Origin: Elusimicrobiota bacterium | GTDB lineage: Bacteria > Elusimicrobiota > Elusimicrobia > Elusimicrobiales > UBA9959 | Direction of reading: 5' to 3' | Assembly: GCA_036574205.1 (NCBI GenBank) | Contig: JAINCQ010000020.1 | Coordinates: 1 to 64,000, forward strand | DNA length: 64,000 bases | Shown here: positions 30,474-40,613 of the stretch, piece after piece | How the letters are laid out: each line of letters begins with the position of its first letter | How positions within the stretch are numbered: the stretch's first letter is position 1 | Position numbers and translations under genes: made by a program | Notes under the pieces: model-generated | Databases searched by the model: none | Told to the model about the DNA's origin: nothing | The model's input: only the letters and a program-made list of their open reading frames with translations

Positions 30474-31193
30474 ATGAAACTTGAAACTAAAAAACTTGTA
30501 AAAATATACAATAAAAAGAGAGTTGTAAATGGAATATCAATATCGATTTCTTCAGGTGAGATAGTTGGACTTCTTGGTCCAAATGGGGCAGGAAAATCCA
30601 CAACATTCAATATGATAATAGGGTTTATTGAACCTGATGAGGGGAAGGTATTTCTTGATGAAAGAGATATATCTTTAGAACCGGTTTATAAAAGAGCAAG
30701 ACTTGGACTTGGATATCTGGCACAGGAGCCTACTATATTCAGGGAATTAACTGTAGAAGAAAATCTTATAGCCATAATTGAAAGAAACGAAAAAGATAAG
30801 AAAATAATTAATGACAGAGCTTCTGATCTTCTTAAAGAATTTTCTATCGAGCATCTAAAAAAACAAAAGGCCTCTACCCTTTCAGGAGGAGAAAAAAGAA
30901 GACTTGAAGTAGCAAGGGTTATGGTAAACAACCCAAAAATTATAATGCTGGACGAGCCCTTTGTAGGGATAGACCCTATAACTGTTAATGATCTTAAAAA
31001 TATCATAAAACACCTTAAAAAAAAGGGTATAGGAATTTTAATAAGCGATCATAATGTGAGAGAAACTCTTTCAATAGTGGATAGGGCATATTTAATATAC
31101 AGGGGTGAGGTTCTTGTAGAAGGGGACTCAAAGAAGCTTACTGCTGATGAAAGGGCAAGAAAGTTTTATCTTGGCGATGATTTTTCTTTGTAA
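30474..31193 (+). CDS. lptB: LPS export ABC ATPase
   Basis: GPNGAGKST, YLAQEPTIFR, LSGGEKRRLE, LDEPFVGIDP, DHNVRETL, YLGDDFSL. Confidence 0.95.
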   Translation: MKLETKKLVKIYNKKRVVNGISISISSGEIVGLLGPNGAGKSTTFNMIIGFIEPDEGKVFLDERDISLEPVYKRARLGLGYLAQEPTIFRELTVEENLIAIIERNEKDKKIINDRASDLLKEFSIEHLKKQKASTLSGGEKRRLEVARVMVNNPKIIMLDEPFVGIDPITVNDLKNIIKHLKKKGIGILISDHNVRETLSIVDRAYLIYRGEVLVEGDSKKLTADERARKFYLGDDFSL

Positions 31194-31195
31194 AG

Positions 31196-31729
31196 ATGAA
31201 AAAATTTTTTTTGATTTCGATTTTATTTTTGTTTTCCTGTAATAGAAATAAAGATGAAATATTTATCAGCAAAAATACTTTTATAAAAAAACTATCAATA
31301 GATCATATTAAAGACAATGAAAAAAGATGGACGCTTTTCTGCGATAACGCTATAGTTGATGAAGAAAAAAACTTTTTTAAATGTTATAAGACAAAAATAA
31401 AGGTTTACAAGGATAATAAGATTGCTTCAATTATAACATCTGAAACTGGATATGGGGATATTTCTGTTAATTCTTTTTATCTTAAAAATAATTGTCAGAT
31501 TATATCATATCTGGAAAACATTGACCTTCTAACCCAAACAATAAATTTTGACTCAAAAAATGAAAAAATTTATTCCAAAGATATAACAAAAATATTAAGA
31601 AAAAAAGAAAACATAGAGATTATTTCAAAAGGTTTTGAGGCAAAAAGCGATCTTTCCAATATAAAATTTTTTAATCACACCACCCATATGATAAACAGTA
31701 ATTTGCATGACATAAAACCCAAAATATAA
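31196..31729 (+). CDS. lptC: LptC-like protein, possible lipoprotein
   Basis: N-terminal FLISILFLFSC; jellyroll-type strands; next to lptB. Confidence 0.6.
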   Translation: MKKFFLISILFLFSCNRNKDEIFISKNTFIKKLSIDHIKDNEKRWTLFCDNAIVDEEKNFFKCYKTKIKVYKDNKIASIITSETGYGDISVNSFYLKNNCQIISYLENIDLLTQTINFDSKNEKIYSKDITKILRKKENIEIISKGFEAKSDLSNIKFFNHTTHMINSNLHDIKPKI

Positions 31730-31732
31730 ACC

Positions 31733-32704
31733 CTATATTATTCCTTCTTTTATCAGATCCCTTTCGTCTATTATCCCTACTACTTTTTTAGAATCATCAA
31801 CTACTGGAATATTGTCTATCTTTTTGGAATGCATTATATTGGCCGCCAGTATTGCCATTTCATTTTGATTTATTGAAATTGGATCTCTGGTCATATGTTT
31901 TTTTATGCTGTCTTGAAGTTTTATGTTATTAAAGTTTCTTCTTATATCCCCATCAGTAAAAAAACCAACAAGCCTTTTTTTTGAATCAACTACTGAAACC
32001 GCTCCAACCGATGTTTTTGTCATAGCAGAAATCGCATCTTTTATTTTTTTGTCAGCGGAGATAACTGGATTGGCTTTTCCTTTTCTCATTATATCAGAAA
32101 CTTTTACATAAAGTAATCTTCCTATATTTCCACCAGGATGATTTAGAGCAAAATCTTTTTTACCATATCCTTTCATTTTCATTAATGTTATAGCAATAAC
32201 ATCACCAAAAACCATCATTGCAGTTGTTGAAGATGTAGGAACTATGTTATGTGGACACGCCTCGCCGGGAGTTTTAAGATTAATGGTTATATCTGAAATA
32301 GATGATATTTTAGAGTTTTCATTATTAGTAATAGCGATTATCTTAACTCCCTTCTTTTTTATAATAGCAGCAAACTTATTTGTTTCTGATGTGTCGCCTG
32401 AGTTTGAAAATAAAATAGCAATATCTTCTTTGAATATTATTCCAAGTTCGCCATGAAGCGCTTCTACAGGATGAATAAAAAGACTTTGAGTTCCAGTTGA
32501 AACCAGTGTAGAAGCTATTTTTTGAGCCACAAGCCCTGATTTCCCAACACCGCTTAATATTATCTTACCTTTTGAATTTAATATTAAATCCATCATTTTT
32601 AAAAAATTTTTATTTATGGCTTTATCCTTCAAAGATTTTAAAGCATCAATCTCAGATTCAATAACTGCTTTTGCAAACTTTATTATATTCTGTTTCTCTA
32701 TCAT
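31733..32704 (-). CDS. kdsD: Arabinose-5-phosphate isomerase (SIS + 2 CBS)
   Basis: GVGKSG, HPVEALHGELG, PTSSTT, HPGGNIG, CBS pair. Confidence 0.94.
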   Translation of the reverse strand: MIEKQNIIKFAKAVIESEIDALKSLKDKAINKNFLKMMDLILNSKGKIILSGVGKSGLVAQKIASTLVSTGTQSLFIHPVEALHGELGIIFKEDIAILFSNSGDTSETNKFAAIIKKKGVKIIAITNNENSKISSISDITINLKTPGEACPHNIVPTSSTTAMMVFGDVIAITLMKMKGYGKKDFALNHPGGNIGRLLYVKVSDIMRKGKANPVISADKKIKDAISAMTKTSVGAVSVVDSKKRLVGFFTDGDIRRNFNNIKLQDSIKKHMTRDPISINQNEMAILAANIMHSKKIDNIPVVDDSKKVVGIIDERDLIKEGII

Positions 32705-32970
32705 GGCTGGGGTTTTTTATATGGATAAAGCCAGGGGGTCATTTCGGCTGGAATTATCCTTTGATCGTAAGGAGGCGGAAGTTTATGTAAAATGCCGCTT
32801 AATAGAAAATATAAAACCCCCAGGGTTATATAGATAATTGAAAGAGTTTTAATATGCCACTTAGTATCACAGAACCAAACGGGAGGTTTAGATAGATCTT
32901 TGCCGCATTTTTTACAAAACTTTAGATTAGCTTTATTTTCAAAACCACAGTCCGGACACTTCATAACCAC
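32701..32970 (-). CDS. Zinc-ribbon membrane protein
   Basis: CPDCG...FCKKCG followed by one TM; tightly packed between kdsA and kdsD. Confidence 0.75.
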   Translation of the reverse strand: MVMKCPDCGFENKANLKFCKKCGKDLSKPPVWFCDTKWHIKTLSIIYITLGVLYFLLSGILHKLPPPYDQRIIPAEMTPWLYPYKKPQP

Positions 32971-32971
32971 C

Positions 32972-33805
32972 TCACATAATAGATTTTACCAATTTATCCA
33001 ATTTATTTAAAATACTCACATAACTTTTTACTTCAGCAAGCGGAAGTGAATTACTTCCATCGGATAACGCCTTTTCTGGATTTATGTGAGTTTCAAAAAA
33101 AACACCTGCAATTCCCTGAGCAACCGCAGATTTAGAAAGTGGAAGAATAAATTGCCTGTCTCCCCCTGTTTTAAAAGCAAGTCCGCCAGGTCTTTGAACT
33201 GAGTGTGTGGCGTCAAAAACGATTGGATAGCCAAATTGCTTCATTATTTCAAAACCTCTCATATCCACGACAAGATTGTTATAACCAAAAGTAGTTCCTC
33301 GTTCAGTAATTATGATTTTATTATTCTTAGTAGATTCTATTTTTTTTATTATATTTTCCACTTCATATGGCGATAAAAACTGTCCTTTTTTAACATTAAC
33401 AGCTTTTTGAGTTTCACCTGCAGCCAGAACCAAATCAGTCTGCCTGCACAAAAAGGCGGGTATCTGTATTATATCCGCTACCTCTTTAACTTTTTGAGCC
33501 TGATCAGGAAGATGTATATCAACCAATATTGGCAGTTTAAATTTTTGTTTTACAGTTTTAAGTATTTCAATTGCTTTATCAAACCCGATCCCCCTAAAAG
33601 AATTTATTGAACTTCTATTTGCCTTGTCAAATGAAGCCTTTGCTACAAATTTAGAGTTTAAGATTTCAAAATATTTTTTTAAATCCGAAATAGTTTTAAG
33701 ATAATTATCCCTGCTTTCTATAACACAGGTTCCAGCTATATACACAAGCGGCAGATCGTTTGAAAAGATTATATCATCTGATATCTTAACCACTTTAGAT
33801 TTCAT
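32972..33805 (-). CDS. kdsA: KDO-8-phosphate synthase
   Basis: KASFDKANRSS, QIPAFLCRQTDL, KKGQF, DATHSVQRPG. Confidence 0.96.
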   Translation of the reverse strand: MKSKVVKISDDIIFSNDLPLVYIAGTCVIESRDNYLKTISDLKKYFEILNSKFVAKASFDKANRSSINSFRGIGFDKAIEILKTVKQKFKLPILVDIHLPDQAQKVKEVADIIQIPAFLCRQTDLVLAAGETQKAVNVKKGQFLSPYEVENIIKKIESTKNNKIIITERGTTFGYNNLVVDMRGFEIMKQFGYPIVFDATHSVQRPGGLAFKTGGDRQFILPLSKSAVAQGIAGVFFETHINPEKALSDGSNSLPLAEVKSYVSILNKLDKLVKSIM

Positions 33806-35399
33806 CAGCTCTCCTTAAAAGACATGTTTTCACAAAATTAACAAATAAAGGATGCGGGGAAAGCGGTCTTGAGTTAAATTCGGGATGAAACTGAACACCT
33901 ATAAAAAATGGATGATTTTTGTACTCTATTATTTCAACAAGTTTATCTTTAGAGTTAAAACCTGATATCTTCATTCCTTTTTTTTCAAATTTTTGAATGT
34001 AAATATTATTGAATTCAAATCTATGTCTGTGCCTTTCCAAAATAGTGGTCTTTTCATAAATTCTATATGCAAGTGTCCCTTTTTTGATAGAACATGGATA
34101 ATTTCCAAGTCTCATTGTTCCACCCTTATTAACATTTTTCTGTCCTTCTATCAATGTTATTACAGGATCTTTGGTCTTAGGATTAAATTCAAGGGAATGT
34201 GCTGTTTTAAGGTTTAAAACATTTCTTGCAAACTCTATCGCAGCACATTGCATTCCAAGACATATTCCAAGAAAAGGGACTCCATTTTCTCTTGCTATTT
34301 TTATAGCATATATTTTGCCTTCTATTCCTCTTTCACCAAAACCACCTGGTATTATAAGTCCATTTGCACTTTTTATTGTGTTTTCTATAAAATCAAATTT
34401 TTCTTCTGTATCAAGATATACTATTTCAAGATTAGCATCATTGGCAATAGAAGCGTGAAGCAGTGCTTCATTAAGCGATTTATAGGAATCTTTAAGTTTC
34501 GTATATTTTCCAGCCATAACTATGCTGATTTTTCTGTATTTATCCATTTCTTTTACTTTAGAAACAAACCTTTCCCAGTCTTTCGCATCATATTGATTAC
34601 TTCTAAGTCTTAAAAGCATCATTATCTGTTCGTCTATTCCCTGTTTTTTTAAAAGTTCAGGGACTTCATAAATACTTTTCACATTATGCACTTCTATTAT
34701 AGCCTCAAGTGGGACAGAAGAAAATAACGCTATTTTTTTCTTAAGCTCAGAGTTCAAAGGTTTTTCAGATCTAGTAACTATTATGTCTGGATCTATCCCT
34801 ATCTCCCTTAATTTTGTGACTGAATGTTGAGTAGGCTTTGTTTTAAGCTCATCAGTTGAGCTTAGATATGGCACAAGCGTCACATGAATATAAATCACAT
34901 CACTTGTATTTCTATTTATTTTCATTTGTCTTGCAGCTTCTAAAAAAGGAAGGCTTTCTATATCTCCAACAGTCCCTCCTATTTCTATTATAACTATATC
35001 ATATCCTTCTCCAGCTTTTATGAATCTATTCTTAATTTCATCTGTAAGATGTGGAATTATCTGGACAGTCTGTCCCAGATAAAGTCCTTTTCTTTCCTTT
35101 TCTATAACAGCGCTATAAACTTTTCCTTCGGTTATGTTACTGTCAGAAGACATCTTTACTTCCACAAACCTTTCATAATGTCCTAAGTCAAGATCTGTTT
35201 CAGCTCCATCTTCAGTAACAAAAACCTCACCATGCTGAAATGGGCTCATAGTTCCAGCGTCAACATTTAGATAAGGGTCACACTTTATCATATTGATCTT
35301 AAATCCATGAGATTTCAATAACCTGCCAATTGATGCGCTTGTTATTCCTTTTCCAAGCGAACTAACAACCCCACCAGTTATGAATATATATTTAGCCAT
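33795..35399 (-). CDS. pyrG: CTP synthase
   Basis: GGVVSSLGKG, GICLGMQ, ERHRHR, QFHPE. Confidence 0.98.
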   Translation of the reverse strand: MAKYIFITGGVVSSLGKGITSASIGRLLKSHGFKINMIKCDPYLNVDAGTMSPFQHGEVFVTEDGAETDLDLGHYERFVEVKMSSDSNITEGKVYSAVIEKERKGLYLGQTVQIIPHLTDEIKNRFIKAGEGYDIVIIEIGGTVGDIESLPFLEAARQMKINRNTSDVIYIHVTLVPYLSSTDELKTKPTQHSVTKLREIGIDPDIIVTRSEKPLNSELKKKIALFSSVPLEAIIEVHNVKSIYEVPELLKKQGIDEQIMMLLRLRSNQYDAKDWERFVSKVKEMDKYRKISIVMAGKYTKLKDSYKSLNEALLHASIANDANLEIVYLDTEEKFDFIENTIKSANGLIIPGGFGERGIEGKIYAIKIARENGVPFLGICLGMQCAAIEFARNVLNLKTAHSLEFNPKTKDPVITLIEGQKNVNKGGTMRLGNYPCSIKKGTLAYRIYEKTTILERHRHRFEFNNIYIQKFEKKGMKISGFNSKDKLVEIIEYKNHPFFIGVQFHPEFNSRPLSPHPLFVNFVKTCLLRRADEI

Positions 35400-35418
35400 A
35401 AAACCTCCAGAAAATAAT

Positions 35419-36159
35419 CTATTTAATGTTTTGAGCGTAATTCTCCGCTTTCTTTATATCAGCAGGAACATCTATTGCCGGTCCTTGATCTTTAACTAAA
35501 ACAGTCCCTATAATAAATCCATTATCAATAGCTCTTAACTGCTCAAGCCTTTCAAGAACTTCGTTTTTAGTTTGGGGGAGAGAAACAAATTTTCTTAAAG
35601 ACTCTTTCCTGTAAACATAAATACCGCAATGTTTAAAATATGGGACTTTTTCTGACAATTTAGAAAGGCTATGATGATATGGGATAGGTAACCTTGAAAA
35701 ATAAACTGCCCTTCCATCATTTCCGATAGCTACTTTTACGCAATTTGGATTATTTATATCTTTAATGTCAGATATTTTTGATACAACAGTTGTTATATCA
35801 AATAAGTTTTTTTCTTTAATTTTAAGCCAGGCTTTTCTTATTGTATCAGATTTTATAAAAGGTTCATCAGCCTGCAAATTTACCACTATGTCATAATCTT
35901 TATTTTTAACCACCTCCCATACTCTATCACTTCCAGATTGGCATTTTTCACTGGTCATTACCGCCTTTGCATTTATTTTAATAGCAAAATTCATAACTTT
36001 TTCATTTTCCGTTGCAATAATGATCTCATCAGCTATATTAGCTTTTGCGGCCTTTTCCCATACCCATTGAAGGATAGGTTTTCCTAAAAGTGGGAATAGG
36101 ACTTTTCCAGGAAATCTAGTTGAAGCGTAACGCGCTGGTATAACTATTACTGTTTTCAT
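35419..36159 (-). CDS. kdsB: CMP-KDO synthetase
   Basis: IPARYASTRFPGK, YFSRLPIP, LERLEQLRA. Confidence 0.95.
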   Translation of the reverse strand: MKTVIVIPARYASTRFPGKVLFPLLGKPILQWVWEKAAKANIADEIIIATENEKVMNFAIKINAKAVMTSEKCQSGSDRVWEVVKNKDYDIVVNLQADEPFIKSDTIRKAWLKIKEKNLFDITTVVSKISDIKDINNPNCVKVAIGNDGRAVYFSRLPIPYHHSLSKLSEKVPYFKHCGIYVYRKESLRKFVSLPQTKNEVLERLEQLRAIDNGFIIGTVLVKDQGPAIDVPADIKKAENYAQNIK

Positions 36160-37160
36160 TTATTTATAGCCTCTATTAGTTCCTCAACAGTTGCTGTAGC
36201 TGTTCCTAATTTGGCAACAACTATCCCTGCAGCATAGTTTGATATAACCGCTGAAGTTAATATATCCTTTGAGCAGGCATAAGCAAGAGAAAGAACCGAT
36301 ATTACGGTATCACCTGCTCCAGTTACATCATAAACTTCTCTTGCTTCTGTGGGTATATGAGAGATTTTGATTTTACCATTAAAATTATCAAAAACTGTCA
36401 TCCCATTTTCGCTCTGAGTTATTATAAGAGATTTTAACCTTAGCTTTTTAACTATTTCAACTCCAAGCTTCTCTATATCTTTCTGTTCCTTTGATTCAAT
36501 TTTTCTCATTCCAGAAAAAGCTTCAGTAATATTAGGGGTCATAGATGTTATTTTTTTATATGAAAAAAAATGTTCTATTTTTGGATCTACAAAAATTGGA
36601 ATATTAAATAAGTTAGCTTTTGAAATAGAATATTCAATTATTTCCTTTGAAAGGACTCCCTTGCCATAATCAGATAAAATGATAGCATCAACTTTCTTTT
36701 TTATCACCTCATCTATGTTATATAATATTTTCTTTTTAATTTCATGGGTATAGGAAAATTTTACTTCCTTATCTATTCTTACTATCTGTTGATGTTCAGC
36801 TATCGCCCTCGTTTTTTCTGGAGTTTTTTGAAAATCACTTTTTATTATATAATCTGTATATATATTGCCTTTTTTCCCAATCATTGATAAGATCTCATCA
36901 CTAGCCAAATCGTTTCCTATGACTGATACAAGATATGATTTAGCTCCAAGATCTGATATGTTATTTGCCACATTGCTTGCTCCACCGAAAGAAGTTTTTT
37001 GCGAAACTACCTCAAGCACAGGAACCGGCGCTTCCGGAGATATTCTTTTCACTTTCCCAAATATATATCTATCAAGAATTATATCCCCGATTATGGCTAT
37101 TTTTTTATTTTTAAACTCTTTTATTATTTTAAGAAGGGTTTGTTTTGATTTTCTATCCAT
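36156..37160 (-). CDS. rfaE1: Heptose-7-phosphate kinase (stand-alone HldE domain I)
   Basis: RISPEAPVPV, GGASNVANN, SDYGKG, DVTGAGDTV. Confidence 0.93.
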   Translation of the reverse strand: MDRKSKQTLLKIIKEFKNKKIAIIGDIILDRYIFGKVKRISPEAPVPVLEVVSQKTSFGGASNVANNISDLGAKSYLVSVIGNDLASDEILSMIGKKGNIYTDYIIKSDFQKTPEKTRAIAEHQQIVRIDKEVKFSYTHEIKKKILYNIDEVIKKKVDAIILSDYGKGVLSKEIIEYSISKANLFNIPIFVDPKIEHFFSYKKITSMTPNITEAFSGMRKIESKEQKDIEKLGVEIVKKLRLKSLIITQSENGMTVFDNFNGKIKISHIPTEAREVYDVTGAGDTVISVLSLAYACSKDILTSAVISNYAAGIVVAKLGTATATVEELIEAINK

Positions 37161-37259
37161 ATAATATATTATATTAAAGAATAGTTAATACAAAAAGTTT
37201 TTTTGAATATTTAACTCAATTTTTTTAAAGGCCAGTTTTTTTATATATAATTATATGAG

Positions 37260-38738
37260 ATGAAAAAAATACTCATTATAAGATTTTCTTCCCTTGGCGA
37301 TATAATACTTACTTTTCCTGTTCTTAAAAACATAAAGCTTAATGACAAAAACATCAAAATTTTTTATCTTACGAAAAAAAACTTTTCAGCTGTTTTACGA
37401 TCAAATCCAAATGTGGATAAGGTTTTGGAGTTTAATGGTTTTTTAAATACAATTTCGCTTTTAAGAAAAGAAAAGTTTGATATTTTAATAGACCTTCACT
37501 CAAATCTTAGAAGTTTTATTTTTACCAGATTTATTATTTCTAAAATAAAAATAAGATATAATAAAGATTCCATATACAGACGACTTTTCGTTAACTTCAG
37601 GTATATATCTCCAAGATTAAAAAAACATGTGGTGGAAAAATATCTTGAGACTATTTCAAAATTAGGGTTTAAAATTTATTCAAAAGATTTAGAGATAGAA
37701 AATGTAAATCTTTCACAACAATTAGAAAAAAAACCAAAAAAAATTTTAATTATACAAACTGCGTTTTTAGGCGATTTATTTTTAACACTTCCAATGATAA
37801 AGGAAATAAAATCTAAAATTAAAGATTCTTATGTCGCTATCTTAATAAGAGGCGAAAATGAAAAAGCTGTTGAAAAGGTAGAAGGTATTGATGAAATAAT
37901 TTCTGATTGGAAAACAGAGAGAAGTTTTTTTTCTGAGTTTAAAAGACTATTAACTTTAATAAAATCCAAAAACTTTGAGATAGCGATAATTCCTCATAGA
38001 TCATTAAGATCAGCTATGCTTGCTTTTCTTGCAGGAATTAAAATAAGAATAGGATTTGATATTAAACCAGCTTCTTTATTTTATACACATGTTTTACCAT
38101 TTGAGTGGCTTATACATGATTCCAAAAGAAACAGTATGCTTCTTTCTCCATTAATTGGCACAAATCTTATAGAATTTCCAGAGATAAAAGAAGATTTGGG
38201 TGAAAAATTTTCAATTCTTTCAAAGATTTCTCCTCTTATAGTTTTAAACACCTCTTCTGTCTGGCCAACAAAAAGATGGCCAGATTATAAGTTCATAGAA
38301 TTATCTTTGAAATTATATGAAAAATATAAGGCTCCTGTGGTGTTGATAGGAAGCAAAAAAGAGGAAAGTTATATAAAAAACATAGAAAATGCTCTTAGGG
38401 AAAAATGTATAAATATAACGGGCAAAACAACACTTGGGGAATTGATATCCATCATAAAAAAAGCTGATGTTTTAATAACAAACGACTCAGGTCCAATGCA
38501 TATAGCATCTGCTACTTCAACCCCGGTGATAGCCATATTTGGACCAACGACCAGGGAACTTGGCTTTTATCCTTGGGGGAAACATGCAAGAGTTATTGAG
38601 AAAAAAATTAAATGCAGACCATGCAGACTCCATGGTTCAAATTTATGTCCGAGAGGACATTTTTTATGTATGAAAACAATAAAAGTAAATGATGTTTTAA
38701 ACGAGACACAAAAAATTCTAAAATATAAATATGGATAA
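37260..38738 (+). CDS. GT9 LPS heptosyltransferase (WaaF-like) with a duplicated N-terminal domain
   Basis: KILIIRFSSLGD at aa 3 and KILIIQTAFLGD near aa 160; one C-terminal NDSGPMHIA...IFGPT domain. Confidence 0.88.
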   Translation: MKKILIIRFSSLGDIILTFPVLKNIKLNDKNIKIFYLTKKNFSAVLRSNPNVDKVLEFNGFLNTISLLRKEKFDILIDLHSNLRSFIFTRFIISKIKIRYNKDSIYRRLFVNFRYISPRLKKHVVEKYLETISKLGFKIYSKDLEIENVNLSQQLEKKPKKILIIQTAFLGDLFLTLPMIKEIKSKIKDSYVAILIRGENEKAVEKVEGIDEIISDWKTERSFFSEFKRLLTLIKSKNFEIAIIPHRSLRSAMLAFLAGIKIRIGFDIKPASLFYTHVLPFEWLIHDSKRNSMLLSPLIGTNLIEFPEIKEDLGEKFSILSKISPLIVLNTSSVWPTKRWPDYKFIELSLKLYEKYKAPVVLIGSKKEESYIKNIENALREKCINITGKTTLGELISIIKKADVLITNDSGPMHIASATSTPVIAIFGPTTRELGFYPWGKHARVIEKKIKCRPCRLHGSNLCPRGHFLCMKTIKVNDVLNETQKILKYKYG

Positions 38739-39537
38739 ATTATTATGGGCTTTGCCATTAATTGGAGCTTATTCTTTTAGATGGAGCTGGTGGTTTAAGA
38801 ATAAAAAAGGATTAAATGTTCTTGTTTATCATAAAATAGGTTATCCACCAAAAGATAGTAAATTAAAGGAATTATGGGTTACCCCTGAAAGGTTTGAAAA
38901 ACATATTTTGTGGCTTAAGAAAAATGGATATAAAGCCATTGTTTTTTCCGAGTTACTAGATTACTATAAAAATAATAAACCTGTAGATAATATTGTGCTT
39001 ATAACTTTTGATGATGGATATGAAAATAATTATAGATATGCTTATCCAATACTAAAAAAATATGACTCAAAAGGGAATATCTTTGTTGTTTATAACACAA
39101 TAGGCAATGTGAATATATGGCATAATCCTGAAACTGAGGCGTGGCAAAATATGGCGACAAAGGAAATGCTTATAGAAATGAGCGAAAGTGGGGTAATTGA
39201 ATTTGGAGCTCATACAATGAACCATCCACGCCTTGAAAAAATTCCTCTGGAAGATGCGGCTTGGGAAATAAGGGAATCAAAAAAACAACTTGAAAATTTA
39301 TTAGGCAAAGAAATAATTTCTTTTGCTTATCCTTATGGAAATGGAGCTTATAACCAAAAGATAAGAAAAATAGTTCTAAATTCTGGATATATCTTTGATT
39401 TTAGTTTTAAACAGGGCAAAACCTCCTGGCCCTGGGAAAGAGAAACCAACCCTATAGATAGGCTTTTTATAGAATATGACGACAGTTGTTTTGATCTTAT
39501 GCTTCACATCAAAAAAGGAATTGATAGGGTCTTTTGA
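38731..39537 (+). CDS. Polysaccharide deacetylase (CE4)
   Basis: LVYHKI, ITFDDGY, GAHTMNH, FAYPYG. Confidence 0.9.
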   Translation: MDKLLWALPLIGAYSFRWSWWFKNKKGLNVLVYHKIGYPPKDSKLKELWVTPERFEKHILWLKKNGYKAIVFSELLDYYKNNKPVDNIVLITFDDGYENNYRYAYPILKKYDSKGNIFVVYNTIGNVNIWHNPETEAWQNMATKEMLIEMSESGVIEFGAHTMNHPRLEKIPLEDAAWEIRESKKQLENLLGKEIISFAYPYGNGAYNQKIRKIVLNSGYIFDFSFKQGKTSWPWERETNPIDRLFIEYDDSCFDLMLHIKKGIDRVF

Positions 39538-40613
39538 TGGATATCGAAAAAATTAGGAATGAAATAAGAAAGAAGTTCTGGGGTGCTTTATTGCTTAAAT
39601 TTTTAAGCTTCATATATTATTTTCTTTTTATTACAAAGAAAAAAGGACATGATATTGGATTATTGAAAGTCAATAAGTATTCAAAACCAGTAATATGTGT
39701 TGGGAATATTTCATCAGGGGGAACAGGAAAAACAACTTTTGTTATATCCATTTCAAAAAAACTTTCTAATATAGGAATTAGACATACAATAGTCTTGAGA
39801 GGATATAAAAGCGAATCTAAATATAATGATATAATTGATTTAAACGACACTAACTTTGATAGACTTATGTTAGATCCTGCTATAAGTGATGAAAGCAAAT
39901 TAATAGCGCTTTCTTTAAAAGGGCTTGGGGTTCCGGTCATTTCATCCAAAAACAGAAAAAAGTCGATAGAATTTGCAATTCATAATTACAATCCACAGCT
40001 AATTATAATGGACGATGGTTTCCAGAATTTTTCAATCAAAAAAGATTTAAGTATAGTTATAATAAATCTAAATATGATTGAAGATTTTTTGCTTCCTTTT
40101 GGAAATCTAAGGGAAAGTTATAACGGAATTAAAAGAGCAGACTTTATTATTTTAAATCATTGCGAGCTTTTTGAAAAAGACTTTATAAAAAAATCTGTGG
40201 AAAAGATTTCAAAGTATTCAAATAAAAAAATTATAGAAGCATTTTACAAGCCTTGGGGATTTCTGGATTTAATAAAAAACGAAAAAATAATCCTTTCAAA
40301 ATTCAAATGGAAAGAAGTTGCTATATTCTCTGGAATAGGTGATAATAGTCAGTTTAAAAAGTTGCTTGAAAAATATGGTTTTATTATATCAAAATCCTGG
40401 CAGTTTTCTGATCACCATAAATATTCTATTCAGGAATTAGAATCAATTAATAAAATAAGAGAATCTTTGCCGTTAATTACTACATTAAAAGATGCAGTTA
40501 AGTTTTATTCTCGTGCAAAAGAAATATTCAGAGAAAAGATCTATGCTCTGGATGTAGATATTGTAATTGATGACACCACTGTTATATCAAAAATACAAGA
40601 AATATCAAAATGA
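39534..40613 (+). CDS. lpxK: Tetraacyldisaccharide 4'-kinase
   Basis: VGNISSGGTGKT, LRGY, DDGFQ, LLPFGNLRE, FSDHH, TTLKDAVK. Confidence 0.93.
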   Translation: MMDIEKIRNEIRKKFWGALLLKFLSFIYYFLFITKKKGHDIGLLKVNKYSKPVICVGNISSGGTGKTTFVISISKKLSNIGIRHTIVLRGYKSESKYNDIIDLNDTNFDRLMLDPAISDESKLIALSLKGLGVPVISSKNRKKSIEFAIHNYNPQLIIMDDGFQNFSIKKDLSIVIINLNMIEDFLLPFGNLRESYNGIKRADFIILNHCELFEKDFIKKSVEKISKYSNKKIIEAFYKPWGFLDLIKNEKIILSKFKWKEVAIFSGIGDNSQFKKLLEKYGFIISKSWQFSDHHKYSIQELESINKIRESLPLITTLKDAVKFYSRAKEIFREKIYALDVDIVIDDTTVISKIQEISK

